Shown here: in pieces, positions 20,985 to 30,559 of the stretch
Numbering within the stretch: position 1 is the stretch's first letter
How the letters are laid out: each line of letters starts with the position of its first letter
Assembly: GCA_034665245.1 (NCBI GenBank)
Contig: JAXDGC010000237.1
Coordinates: 1-60,679, forward strand
Direction of reading: 5' to 3'
Length of the DNA stretch: 60,679 nt
Origin: Solirubrobacteraceae bacterium
GTDB lineage: Bacteria > Actinomycetota > Thermoleophilia > Solirubrobacterales > Solirubrobacteraceae
Notes under the pieces: generated by a model
The model's input: the letters and a program-made list of their open reading frames with translations, nothing else
Told to the model about the DNA's origin: nothing
The model's database searches: none
Position numbers and translations under genes: made by a program

Positions 20985-22375
20985 GGGTGCGCGCCGGAGC
21001 GCTGGGGGCCGGCGCCGCGCTCGTTCTCGTGTGCGTCGGGTGCTCGAGTGCGAAGCCTGCGGCCCCGAAGCCACGTACGGTCCGGGCCGTGTGGGTGGAC
21101 GGGGACGCCGGCAGGTGCAGCGACATGCGCAGCCTCGCCGCCGCTCGCTCGCCGGCTACGCCGCTGTGCTCGATCCCGCGCGCGATCGCCGTGGCGCCGG
21201 CCGGGGGCACCGTCGCCGTGCGAGCGGGCCGGTATCCGGCGCTGAGCGCCCGCGGCCATTCGAGGGGGAAGCCGGTGACCGTGACCGGCCACGGGCACGT
21301 CGTGGTGGACGCGGTACAGGTCCCGGGTGGCGCCGGCAACGTGCGCCTGGACCACCTGACGATCCCGGGGGGCGTGCACCTCGCCGAGGGCGGCGCCCAC
21401 GACGTCACGATCAGCCGTTCTGAGATCTCCGCCCGCGGAGACGCGGTGTCGCTGAACTGGGGGACGCACGACGTGCGGATCGAGCGCAACCACATCAGCG
21501 CCGGCGGGGACGGCATCGTCTTCAACTCCCAGTCGCACCGCCCGGGCGCGCCGAACCCGGGCGCGCCGGAGCTCGCGCCGATCAGCCGGGTGCTGATCCG
21601 CGGCAACCATCTCGACGGCATCGGCACGGACGCTCTCCGGCCGGCGAACTTCAAGCACGTGGTCATCGAGGGCAACGAGATCAACGGGCTCCGGGAGGAG
21701 GGCGAGCACAGCGACGTGCTCCAGGTCGTGATGGGCGGGGACGACCTCGTCTTCCGCCGCAACTTCGTGCACGACAACACGGGTCAGGGGTTCTTCATCA
21801 AGGACGGCCTGGTGCGCAACGCCAGGGTCGAGGAAAACGTGTTCGTGCACAATCAGCTCCGCGGTCCGTCGCCCGCCGGCTTCGCGAGCGCGGGTTTTCA
21901 GATCGCGATCTACGAGACCACGGGCCTGCGACTGCTGCGCAACACGGTCTGGGCCAACGACCTCAACGTCGCGCTGGGCGGCAACGTCCGGGACGCCGTG
22001 GTCCGCGGCAACCTGTTCGAGGACATGGTCGCGGACACGGACGCAGGCGGCCGGGTCCCGAGCGTGCGGCAGGACTACAACCTGATCGCCGGGGGCTGGA
22101 ACTGGGGGGCCCGCGGGCGCCACGACATCAGCCGCCGCCCCCGGTTCGTCGATCCGGCACGGCTCGACTACCGCCTGGCCCCCGGCAGCGCCGGCATCGA
22201 CTCGGGCGCGGCCGACGTGGGGACGCGCCGCGACAAGGTCTGCCGCGCGCCCTACGACGACCCCCGTGCGCGCAACCGCGGCGCCGGCAACCCGCCCTTC
22301 GCCGACGCCGGCGCGCTCGAGCGGACCCCCCGCGGCTCGGCGCGCGATACGCGCCGGCGCCGCAGCTGTGGCTAG
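20981..22375 (+). CDS. lipoprotein with right-handed parallel beta-helix repeats
   Basis: TTG 20981 overlaps the upstream stop (TTGA). Lipobox LVLVCVGCSS. Beta-helix coils: VTISRSEISARGDAVSL, VRIERNHISAGGDGIVF, IRGNHLDGIG, VIEGNEINGL, FRRNFVHDNTGQGFFIKDG. Confidence 0.8.
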   Translation: MRVRAGALGAGAALVLVCVGCSSAKPAAPKPRTVRAVWVDGDAGRCSDMRSLAAARSPATPLCSIPRAIAVAPAGGTVAVRAGRYPALSARGHSRGKPVTVTGHGHVVVDAVQVPGGAGNVRLDHLTIPGGVHLAEGGAHDVTISRSEISARGDAVSLNWGTHDVRIERNHISAGGDGIVFNSQSHRPGAPNPGAPELAPISRVLIRGNHLDGIGTDALRPANFKHVVIEGNEINGLREEGEHSDVLQVVMGGDDLVFRRNFVHDNTGQGFFIKDGLVRNARVEENVFVHNQLRGPSPAGFASAGFQIAIYETTGLRLLRNTVWANDLNVALGGNVRDAVVRGNLFEDMVADTDAGGRVPSVRQDYNLIAGGWNWGARGRHDISRRPRFVDPARLDYRLAPGSAGIDSGAADVGTRRDKVCRAPYDDPRARNRGAGNPPFADAGALERTPRGSARDTRRRRSCG

Positions 22376-23430
22376 CTGCTCGTCCGCGCGGGTGGCTTGA
22401 GGCGGAGCGAGGGGCGCTCGATCAGGCGCCAGGAGGCGAAGGCCAGCCCGTATGTGATCGGGAGCGAGATGAGGAAGAGCGAGACCGGGGCGAGGTGACC
22501 GTGACCCGGCCACGCGAGCAGAATGGTCTGCTGCACCGGGAACGCGAGCAGGTACAGGCCGTAGGAGACGTCGCCGTGGCGGGTCAGGCGCTGGGCGCCG
22601 GCCGGGAGGCGGTAGGCCGCCACGAGCACGACATAGGGCAGCGCGAGCGTGGTGACGAACTTCTCGGCGGGGGTCCCCAGCGCGAGCAGGAAGGCGGCGA
22701 GCGCGAGCCCCGCCGCGTCGAGGCGCAGCGGTAGACGCTCGCGGTGCAGGTACAGCAGCCCGGACACGCCGAAGATGGCCAGCAGCTGGACGGCCTCGGG
22801 GCGACTCTGCAGCACGTCGCCGACCACGGGCATCCCGTAGGCCTTCGCGGGCGCCGCCAGGACGAGCAGGGCGCAGCCGGCGATGGCCGGCAGCGCGCGC
22901 CGGGTCAGGCTCAGGCTGCCGAGCAGCGCGACCATGAAGTACGCCTGGACCTCGATCGGCAGCGTCCACAGAGAGCCGTTGATGGAGGCGCCGTGTGGAT
23001 TGGCGGCGAAGACGCCCGGCAACTCGTACGCCGGCCCGGACAGGAACCCGCCCGATCCGATCGCGGCGAGGTTTCGCGCCACGTAGCCGAGGGGCTGGGA
23101 GCTGGTGAGGTACTCGCCGGGGGAGAGGGTGCTCAGCAGGAGGCCCAGCCCGTAGGCGCTGACCACCACGCAGACCGCCAGTGCGGGCAGGATGCGCAGC
23201 GCTCGCTTGGCGAAGAAGTCGCGCAGCTGTGGGCCCCGGTCCCAGCTCTTCGTGACCAGGAAGCCGCTGATCGCGAAGAAGATCTCGACGCCGAAGAAGC
23301 CGAACGAGGCGCCGCCGATCTGTGGCTCCGTGGCCGCGGCGAGCACGAAGGAGTGCGAGAAGAGGACGAGGGCGGCGGCGCCGAGACGCAGCAGGTCGAA
23401 GGAGTTGCGGCGGCCGCTGGCGACGATCAT
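22372..23430 (-). CDS. acyltransferase family 3 (polysaccharide O-acyl/acetyltransferase)
   Basis: ATG 23430 (MIVASGRRNSFDLLRLGAAALVLFSHSF...EIFFAISGFLV). About 10 TM segments. Its start overlaps the upstream GT4 stop (ATGA). Its stop shares CTAG with the convergent gene at 22372-22375. Confidence 0.85.
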   Translation of the reverse strand: MIVASGRRNSFDLLRLGAAALVLFSHSFVLAAATEPQIGGASFGFFGVEIFFAISGFLVTKSWDRGPQLRDFFAKRALRILPALAVCVVVSAYGLGLLLSTLSPGEYLTSSQPLGYVARNLAAIGSGGFLSGPAYELPGVFAANPHGASINGSLWTLPIEVQAYFMVALLGSLSLTRRALPAIAGCALLVLAAPAKAYGMPVVGDVLQSRPEAVQLLAIFGVSGLLYLHRERLPLRLDAAGLALAAFLLALGTPAEKFVTTLALPYVVLVAAYRLPAGAQRLTRHGDVSYGLYLLAFPVQQTILLAWPGHGHLAPVSLFLISLPITYGLAFASWRLIERPSLRLKPPARTSS

Positions 23431-24584
23431 CCCGCGGCCGTCCTGGCGCCGGCGAGGGGCGCGCCGTCGAGCGCGAGCGCCACGATGCCGTCGAACCGCC
23501 GCGGCCACGCGTTCTCCGCGATGAAGCGGAGCCGCTCGGTCTCGTCGGCAGGACCGAACGCCAGCGCCTCCTGCACCGCGGGCGCCAGGTCCGCACCCGG
23601 CCGGACCAGCGCGACGCGCGGGCTGACACCGGTGATGCCAGGGAGCGCGACGGCGGCGACGGGGCGCCCGCCGGCGAGGTACTCGTACAGCTTCAGCGGG
23701 CTCATCGCCTCGGTCATGGGGCTCTGCACATGGGGGATGAGGCAGACGTCGGCGGCCGCCACGAGGCCGGTGAGCTCGCGCCGCGGGACCCGCGGGTGGA
23801 CTTCGACGTTGGGCAGCGCGGTGAGCGGCTCGTAGTGGGCGGGCTCGAGCAGCTCGCCGACGAGCGTGATCGACCCGCTCGGGTAATCCGCCGCCAGCTG
23901 CCGCACCTGGTCGACGTCGACGCGGCGGTCGAGGCTGCCGACGTAGAGCATGCGCGGGCCAGGGCGGCCGGAGAACCATGCGGGAGCGCTGGCCGGCTCG
24001 CGCCACTCCTCGGGATCGATGCCGTTGGGCAGGACCGCGACCGGGCCGGTGGGCGCGATGCGGTCGCGGACGGTGTCGGACACGGCGCATACCGCCCGCC
24101 CGCGAGCCCGCAGGCGGGCGAACGCCTGCTCATAGACCGGCCACCAGCGGCGGTGCGGCTCCGACGCCGTCCAGTCGTCCCACGCGTAATACGTGACGGG
24201 CCCGGCCCAGCCGAAGTCGCCGAAGCCGGCGAGCACCGGATGCGTCGTGATGATCGCGGGTCGCTCAAGCCCGAGGCGCCGCGCCGCGCGGCGCAGCGAG
24301 CGCTCGTAGGCTTCCGCGTCGCGGCGGGCGGCGCCGGGGTAGGCCGGGTCGGCGCGGCGCAGTCGCAGCGGCTCGTGGAGGGCGGGGCCGGGAAACGGGG
24401 TGCGGGCCGGGCGCAGCCAGTGGGCGGCGGCGCTGCGTGGTGGATTGGCGACCAGCGCGCGACGCACGCGCGGGTGTCCGGGCAGCGCGGCGGCGAGCCG
24501 ATCCTCCGGCATGCATAGCCCGCGGGCAACGGCCCCGCTCCAGCTCGTCTGGAAGAGGGCGAAGACGACGTCGGTTCCCATCAC
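23427..24584 (-). CDS. glycosyltransferase family 4 (GT-B, GT1-type C-terminal domain)
   Basis: C-terminal motif SPLKLYEYLAGGRPVAAVALPG, with MLYVGSLDRRVD. Start is GTG 24584 or ATG 24581. Confidence 0.8.
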   Translation of the reverse strand: MMGTDVVFALFQTSWSGAVARGLCMPEDRLAAALPGHPRVRRALVANPPRSAAAHWLRPARTPFPGPALHEPLRLRRADPAYPGAARRDAEAYERSLRRAARRLGLERPAIITTHPVLAGFGDFGWAGPVTYYAWDDWTASEPHRRWWPVYEQAFARLRARGRAVCAVSDTVRDRIAPTGPVAVLPNGIDPEEWREPASAPAWFSGRPGPRMLYVGSLDRRVDVDQVRQLAADYPSGSITLVGELLEPAHYEPLTALPNVEVHPRVPRRELTGLVAAADVCLIPHVQSPMTEAMSPLKLYEYLAGGRPVAAVALPGITGVSPRVALVRPGADLAPAVQEALAFGPADETERLRFIAENAWPRRFDGIVALALDGAPLAGARTAAG

Positions 24585-24666
24585 CTGACCTACGCTTCGG
24601 CGACGGGCAGCCTTCCGTCACCGCAAGTCTCCGCGCTCGCACTCCGTACGTGGGGCAGAGGATCCC

Positions 24667-26205
24667 TTGGAGACGCCCATCGACCGATCGGATATCGAGC
24701 TTCCCGCTCGCCCGACGACCACGCTCAAGGACGCCGCTTTCGCCGGCGTCCGCTGGGTGCTCGTCGCCCGCGCCGCCGGCGAGGTCCTCGCCTTCGCCGC
24801 CGCTGTCAGCCTGGCGCACCTCGTGTCGCCGGCGGAGTTCGGCCGCGCGGCGGTCGCGCTGGCGCTCGTCCCGCTCGCCGTGATCCTGACCTTCGAGGGC
24901 TGCGCGTCCGCGCTGGTGCAGCGCCCCACCATCACCTACGCCCAGCGCGACGTGGCCATCCTCATGAGCCTCGGCGTCGGCGCGCTGCTGAGCCTGCTGT
25001 CGTTCGCGCTCGCCTACCCCGTCGGTGGGCTCGTCTTCGGGCAGCGAACCGCCGGGCTCATCGAGCTCGTCTCGCCGGTCTTCCTGCTGGCGAGCGTCGG
25101 GGCCGTCCCGCGGGCGATGCTGTGGCGCCAGCTCGACTTCAAGCGCGTCGGGCTGGTCGAGGTCGCGAGCCTGACGGCAGGCGCCGGCGTATCCGTGAGC
25201 CTCGCGTTCAGCGGGGTCAACGCCGAAGCGATCATCGCCGGCGCGCTCGCGACGACTGCCGTCTCCTCCGCCCTGCTGTTCGCCGCCTCGCCGTTCCGGC
25301 CACGGCTGCTCCGGCGCCGCGACGCCGCCGGCGACATCGCGGGCTTCGGCATCCCGGCCGCCCTCGCGGGGCTGGTGCACGTCGGCTTCGCGAACGCCGA
25401 TTACGTGATCCTCGCCGCTCGCCTCTCGCCGACCAGCGCGGGGCTGTACTGGCGCGCGTTCCAGCTCGGCGTGAGCTACCAGGAGAAGATCAGCGGGATC
25501 ATGCTCCGGATCGCGTTCCCGCTGTACGCGCGCACGACGGATCGCGACGAGCTCCGCCGGCTGCATGAGCGCGCCACCCGCCTGCACGCCACGACGGTGC
25601 TGCCGCTGCTCGCGATCCTGATCGTCGCCGCGCCCGTGCTCATCCCGTGGCTCTTCGGCCCGGCGTGGCGCGGGGCGGTTGTCCCCAGCCAGATACTCGC
25701 CGTCGCGGGCATGGTCGCCGCGATCATGACCGGCTACCCGCAGGTCATGCTCGCAGTGGGCCGGCCGAAGCCGCTGCTGCGCTTCAACGTGGGGATGCTC
25801 ATCGTCTACGCAGGGGTGGTCCTGCTGGCCGCGCCGCACGGGCTCACGGTGGTCTGCATCACCGTGGTCGGCGCCCATCTGCTGATCCTCGTGGCGGTCT
25901 ACCGGCTGCTGCTGTGGCCGTACGCCGGCGTGCCCATGAGCCGGCTGCTCACGGACACCCTGCCCGCGCTCGCGGGCTGCCTGGCCCTGCTGGGCGCCGG
26001 CTACGCGACGCGCGAGGCGATCCACGGGCCGGCCGTGGTGGATCTCGCGGCGATCGGGATCGTCGGTGGCCTGGCCTACCTCGCCTGCATCCGCTTCCTG
26101 TTCCCCGCGGCATGGGACGACGTGAGCCTCGTCGTCCGCAGGGTCGTGCCCGCGCGCCGCCGCTCGCCCGCCACCGTCCCCGCCTTCTCGCCGGGAGCGC
26201 CGTAG
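24667..26205 (+). CDS. Wzx-like oligosaccharide flippase (polysaccharide biosynthesis protein, MOP superfamily)
   Basis: TTG start with AGAGGA 5 nt upstream. About 12-14 TM segments. The N-terminus ...AFAGVRWVLVARAAGEVLAFAAAVSLAHLVSPAEFGRAAVA is typical of Wzx-type proteins. Confidence 0.8.
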   Translation: METPIDRSDIELPARPTTTLKDAAFAGVRWVLVARAAGEVLAFAAAVSLAHLVSPAEFGRAAVALALVPLAVILTFEGCASALVQRPTITYAQRDVAILMSLGVGALLSLLSFALAYPVGGLVFGQRTAGLIELVSPVFLLASVGAVPRAMLWRQLDFKRVGLVEVASLTAGAGVSVSLAFSGVNAEAIIAGALATTAVSSALLFAASPFRPRLLRRRDAAGDIAGFGIPAALAGLVHVGFANADYVILAARLSPTSAGLYWRAFQLGVSYQEKISGIMLRIAFPLYARTTDRDELRRLHERATRLHATTVLPLLAILIVAAPVLIPWLFGPAWRGAVVPSQILAVAGMVAAIMTGYPQVMLAVGRPKPLLRFNVGMLIVYAGVVLLAAPHGLTVVCITVVGAHLLILVAVYRLLLWPYAGVPMSRLLTDTLPALAGCLALLGAGYATREAIHGPAVVDLAAIGIVGGLAYLACIRFLFPAAWDDVSLVVRRVVPARRRSPATVPAFSPGAP

Positions 26206-26210
26206 CCAAC

Positions 26211-28127
26211 ATGTGCGGGATCGTCGGACAGGCGCGCAACGACGGACGCCGGGTCAGCCGGCCGCTGCTCGAGCAGATGTGCGCGGGACTCGAGCATCGA
26301 GGCCCTGACAAGCGCGGCATCTTCGCCGCCGACGGCGCCGGGCTCGGCATCCAGCGCCTGCGCGTGATCGACCTCGCGACGGGCGACCAGCCGATCGCCA
26401 ACGAGGACGGCTCAGTCGTGGTCGTCCTCAATGGCGAGATCTACAACTACCGCGAGTTGCGCGAGCGGCTCGAGCGGGCCGGTCACCGCTTCTCCACCCA
26501 GGGCGACACGGAGACGATCGTGCACCTCTACGAGGAGCACGGGACCGACTGCGTGCAGCACCTGCACGGCATGTTCGCTTTCGCGCTGTGGGACCGCCGC
26601 CGGCGGCGCCTGCTCGTCGCGCGCGACCGCCTCGGCAAGAAGCCGATGTTCTATGCGCATCGCGACGGCGCCTTCTCCTTCGCCTCCGAGATGGGCGCGC
26701 TGATGCGCGACCAGGAGATCCCCGCCGACGTCGACCACGCCGCGCTCGACGCGTACCTCGCCTATGGATATGTCCCGGCTCCGCGCTCGGCCCTGCGCGC
26801 CGTCCGCAAGCTCCCGCCGGCGCACACGCTCGTCTGGCACGAAGGGAAGGTCACGATCGAGCGCTACTGGCGGCTGGACTACTCGCGCAAGCTCGACCCG
26901 ATGCCGCTGCCCGAGCTGTTGGAGCGGGTCCGCGAGGGGCTGCGCGCGGCGACACGCAAACGCCTCGTGGCGGACGTCCCGCTCGGGGCCTTCCTCTCGG
27001 GCGGGATCGACTCCTCCGCGGTCGTCGCGGCGATGGCCGAGGCCACGTCCCGCCCGGTCAAGACGTTCTCGATCGGCTTCGAGCAGGAGGCCTTCGACGA
27101 GCTGCCGCACGCGCGGCGGGTCGCACAGCAGTTCGGCACCGACCACGAGGAGTTCGTCGTGCGGCCGAACGCGGTGGAGATCCTCCCGAAGCTGGTGCGC
27201 CACTACGGCGAGCCGTTCGCGGACTCGTCGGCGATCCCGTGCTTCTACCTCGCCGAGCTGACGCGCCGCCATGTCACGGTGGCGCTCAACGGCGACGGCG
27301 GCGACGAGGCCTTCGCGGGCTACACGCGCTACGTCTCCAACCGGATGGCCGGGACGTTCGACCGCCTCCCGGCGTCGGTGCGGCGCCTCGTGGCCGCCGC
27401 CGGCCGGCGGCTGCCCGAGCGCGGCGAGGTGTCGAGCCCGCTCAACCGCGCGCGCCGGATGGCGGGCGCCCTCGCGCTCGATCCGATCGAGCGCTACGCC
27501 AGCTACGTCTCGCTGCACGGGGCCGACCGGCGTGCCGCGCTCTACACACCCGAGTACGCCGACCTGGTGGGCCCCGTGGACGCACTCGACGTCCTGCGCG
27601 ACCCGTGGGAGGCGGCGTCGGGCGAGGACGTCCTCGACCGCCTGCTCGAGGTCGACACGCTCACGTACCTGCCCGACGACCTGATCGCCAAGATCGACAT
27701 CGCCACGATGGCCCACGCGCTCGAGGCACGCTCGCCGTTCCTCGACCACGAGATGATGGAGCTCGCCGCCTCGATCCCGGCCTCGCTGAAGGCGCGCGGG
27801 ACCGAGAAGAAGTGGGTGCTCCGCGAGGCGATGCGCGGCTGGCTCCCCGACGATCTCCTCGACCGTCCCAAGCAGGGGTTCTCCGTCCCGCTCAGCGACT
27901 GGTTCCGGGGCGAGCTGCGCTCCTACGTCTCCGACGTCTTGCTCGACCCGTCGACGCTCGCGCGCGGGTGGTTCCGCGAGGAGGCGGTCAGCGGGATGCT
28001 CGACCGTCACGCCGCCGGCGCCGACGGTGAGGCGGGTCGGATCTGGTCGCTGCTGATGCTCGAGCTCTGGCACCGCGAGCTCGTCGAGGGACGTGCGAGC
28101 GTCCCGGCGCCCGCACTCGCCGCCTGA
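26211..28127 (+). CDS. asnB: asparagine synthase (glutamine-hydrolysing) family amidotransferase, copy 1
   Basis: MCGIVG N-terminal nucleophile Cys, NGEIYNYRELR, and the SGGIDSS PP-loop. ORF 25647-28127 is trimmed to ATG 26211. Confidence 0.9.
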   Translation: MCGIVGQARNDGRRVSRPLLEQMCAGLEHRGPDKRGIFAADGAGLGIQRLRVIDLATGDQPIANEDGSVVVVLNGEIYNYRELRERLERAGHRFSTQGDTETIVHLYEEHGTDCVQHLHGMFAFALWDRRRRRLLVARDRLGKKPMFYAHRDGAFSFASEMGALMRDQEIPADVDHAALDAYLAYGYVPAPRSALRAVRKLPPAHTLVWHEGKVTIERYWRLDYSRKLDPMPLPELLERVREGLRAATRKRLVADVPLGAFLSGGIDSSAVVAAMAEATSRPVKTFSIGFEQEAFDELPHARRVAQQFGTDHEEFVVRPNAVEILPKLVRHYGEPFADSSAIPCFYLAELTRRHVTVALNGDGGDEAFAGYTRYVSNRMAGTFDRLPASVRRLVAAAGRRLPERGEVSSPLNRARRMAGALALDPIERYASYVSLHGADRRAALYTPEYADLVGPVDALDVLRDPWEAASGEDVLDRLLEVDTLTYLPDDLIAKIDIATMAHALEARSPFLDHEMMELAASIPASLKARGTEKKWVLREAMRGWLPDDLLDRPKQGFSVPLSDWFRGELRSYVSDVLLDPSTLARGWFREEAVSGMLDRHAAGADGEAGRIWSLLMLELWHRELVEGRASVPAPALAA

Positions 28128-28128
28128 G

Positions 28129-29613
28129 CTAGCGTCTGATCTCGTCGGACCCCGCGTCGACCCCGGCGCCCTGGGGCCGGGCGTCGCCGTCGATGTCGCG
28201 CGTGACGCCGGCGAACTGCGGCGGGATCCTGTCCACCGCGGGGCCGCCCGTCAGATGGAAGTCGAGCGTCGCGTCGAGGGCATCCCTCGCGTACGGGTAG
28301 GTGCCGCTGAAGCTCGCGTTGGTGCCGCCGCAGACCGTGTCCCGCCAGACGTTGTACGAGAACACGATGCCGCGCAGGGAACCGCAGTCGGACAGCAGCT
28401 CGCCGATGTTGCCGGACACGACGAAGCTCGTGAACTGCGGATCGTTGCCGTCGTCGTCGAGCGAGATGGCGCTGTCGAAGGAGTTGTTGCGGATCGTGAC
28501 GCCGGAGTCCACGCTCGAGAAGCCGAGCGCGTTGCCCTGGCGCGCGCCGTGGGTGTCCACCGGGGCGGCGAACCAGTTGTTCTCGAGCGTCACGCCCGAT
28601 ACTGGGCCGCTGTTGGCCTGGAAGAAGATGTCGTAGACCGAGTTCCCGAAGAACTTCGAGTTGCGGACGGTGACGTTCTTGCCGGCGAAGATCGCGAGGC
28701 CCTCGAGATGGCATGCGACGAGGTCGTATGTCTGGATGTCGTGGATCGTGACGCCATCGATCAGGATGTTGGCCGGATCCGTCGGCGTCACCTTGCGGAT
28801 GGAGTTGTTCGAGCCGCCGAAGTCGCCGCCGCAGGCGCTGGCGGGGCCGTAGTCGCCGCCGATCACGCTGACGTTCGTGGCCGAGAAGATCTCGAAGTTG
28901 CGGCCGTCGACGTTCTCGAGGCGGACGCTCGTGACAGCCGGCGGGTTCACCGGCAGGTCCTCCGGGCGGACGGTCACATCGACGATCCTCATCTGCCTGA
29001 CGGTCACGTAGGACGCCCAGATGTTGAGGTTGCCGGTGACGCTGACCACAGCGCCCGCCAGTGGCCTGAAGGTGATGTTCGGGCCGCTGGTCTTCGCCCC
29101 ATCGTGGACGATGGTCTGGCCGGGATAGTCGCCGCCGGCGACGCCTACGACCTCGCCGGCCGTCGCGGCTCGGTACGCCGCGTCGAACGTCCTGCACGGC
29201 GCCGTGGGCTGGTTGCAGCCGCGATTGGAGTCGCTTCCGTTCGGCGCGACGAAGCGCGTCGGCGGCGGCTCTGGCTCCGGCGGTGGCGCCGGGGCCGGAG
29301 ACGAGCCCGGAGCAGTGACGATCGGCGCCGGCACGGCGCGGACGGGGGCCCGTGCATGCCGCTTCGGCAGGCGGCGCAGGTTGCGAAGCCGGACGACGCG
29401 GCGGCGTGGATGCACGCGGCGGCTGTCGAACCTGACGACGGCCCGGCGGCGGCGCTTGAGCACCCGGACAACCTTGCCCTTCTTCCCGTCGAGCTTTGTG
29501 TGCGTTCGGCGCACGACCACGCGATCGCCCTTGCGGATCGCCGCCTGCGCGACGGTCGGAAGGACGCAGAGCACGATGCCCGCGACGATGCAGGCTGTGC
29601 GGCGGAGCCTCAA
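28129..29613 (-). CDS. secreted A-type beta-helix protein with Arg/Lys-rich KOW-like N-terminal segment
   Basis: - The A-domain is collinear with 3171-4295 and 46831-47950 (FVAPNGSDS...[32 protein letters not shown]...GVDAGSDE).
- Proposed TTG start at 29613, giving LRLRRTACIVAGIVLCVLPTVAQA as signal peptide.
- The upstream part of ORF 28129-30447 overlaps the GT2 gene and is trimmed. Confidence 0.75.
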   Translation of the reverse strand: MRLRRTACIVAGIVLCVLPTVAQAAIRKGDRVVVRRTHTKLDGKKGKVVRVLKRRRRAVVRFDSRRVHPRRRVVRLRNLRRLPKRHARAPVRAVPAPIVTAPGSSPAPAPPPEPEPPPTRFVAPNGSDSNRGCNQPTAPCRTFDAAYRAATAGEVVGVAGGDYPGQTIVHDGAKTSGPNITFRPLAGAVVSVTGNLNIWASYVTVRQMRIVDVTVRPEDLPVNPPAVTSVRLENVDGRNFEIFSATNVSVIGGDYGPASACGGDFGGSNNSIRKVTPTDPANILIDGVTIHDIQTYDLVACHLEGLAIFAGKNVTVRNSKFFGNSVYDIFFQANSGPVSGVTLENNWFAAPVDTHGARQGNALGFSSVDSGVTIRNNSFDSAISLDDDGNDPQFTSFVVSGNIGELLSDCGSLRGIVFSYNVWRDTVCGGTNASFSGTYPYARDALDATLDFHLTGGPAVDRIPPQFAGVTRDIDGDARPQGAGVDAGSDEIRR

Positions 29614-29618
29614 GGCCG

Positions 29619-30557
29619 TCAGCGTACGGGACTGAAGGGCGGCGGGTCGAGCCCCAGCAGGACGCTCAGGGCCTGGCGCTCCGCGCTCGCTCGGCTGCGC
29701 AGGGCGGGCCGCAGCACGATCTGAGGCGCGAGCAGCGCGAGCCGCACGGCATGGCGCAGGACGAGCGCGAAGTGGAAGGCCAACCGCGCCGGCGCAGGGA
29801 AGTGCTTGCGCGCGTAGAGCAGCTTGGAGAAGGAGTTCTGGGCGAACAGGTCCGGCCGCGCGGAGCGCCCGGTGTGATGCGTGGCGGTCATGAGGGGCAG
29901 GTGCCGGATGTCCCAGCCTCCCTCGCGCAGCCGCAGGCACCAGTCCGCCTCCTCCGAGAACAGGAAGAAGCGCTCGTCGAGGCCACCGACCTGCTCGATC
30001 GCGGTGCGGCGGACGAGCAGGAACCCGCCCACGAGCCAGTCGCAGGACACCTCCTCGTCGTAGGCGCCGAGGCGCTGCTCCTCCTCCTGCACGGCGCGCA
30101 GGCCGGGGAGCCGCGGCAGCATCAGCGCCTCGCTGAGCTGGCGGCCGGGCGAAGGGAAGCGACGGATCGTCGGCTGCACCCCGCCCTCCGGCCAGACCTG
30201 GATCACGCTCGACGCCCCGACCTCGGGCCGCGCGTCCATGGCAGCCACCAACTCGGCGAGCGTGCCCGACGTGATCTCCATGTCGGGGTTGAGGAGCAGA
30301 ACGTGGCGGCCGCGCGCACGGGGCAGCACGGCGTTGTTGCCGGCTGCGAAGCCGACGTTCGGCAGCCGCAGGACCTCGATGTCCGGGAACGCGGCCTCGA
30401 CCGCGTCGGGCGTGCCGTCGGTCGAGCCGCTGTCGACCACGAGCCACTCCGCGCTGATGGAGCCGAGCCGCTCGCGCGCGGCGCGCAGCGCCAGCGCGGC
30501 CAGGTCGCGCCCGTTGTGGGTGACGACGACGACGCTGAGGTCCAGTGCGCCGTCCAT
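29619..30557 (-). CDS. glycosyltransferase family 2
   Basis: Motifs: LSVVVVTHNGRDL...VVDSGSTDGT...LLLNPDMEI...FLFSEEADWCLR (rhamnosyltransferase-like GT2). Confidence 0.85.
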   Translation of the reverse strand: MDGALDLSVVVVTHNGRDLAALALRAARERLGSISAEWLVVDSGSTDGTPDAVEAAFPDIEVLRLPNVGFAAGNNAVLPRARGRHVLLLNPDMEITSGTLAELVAAMDARPEVGASSVIQVWPEGGVQPTIRRFPSPGRQLSEALMLPRLPGLRAVQEEEQRLGAYDEEVSCDWLVGGFLLVRRTAIEQVGGLDERFFLFSEEADWCLRLREGGWDIRHLPLMTATHHTGRSARPDLFAQNSFSKLLYARKHFPAPARLAFHFALVLRHAVRLALLAPQIVLRPALRSRASAERQALSVLLGLDPPPFSPVR

Positions 30558-30559
30558 GG

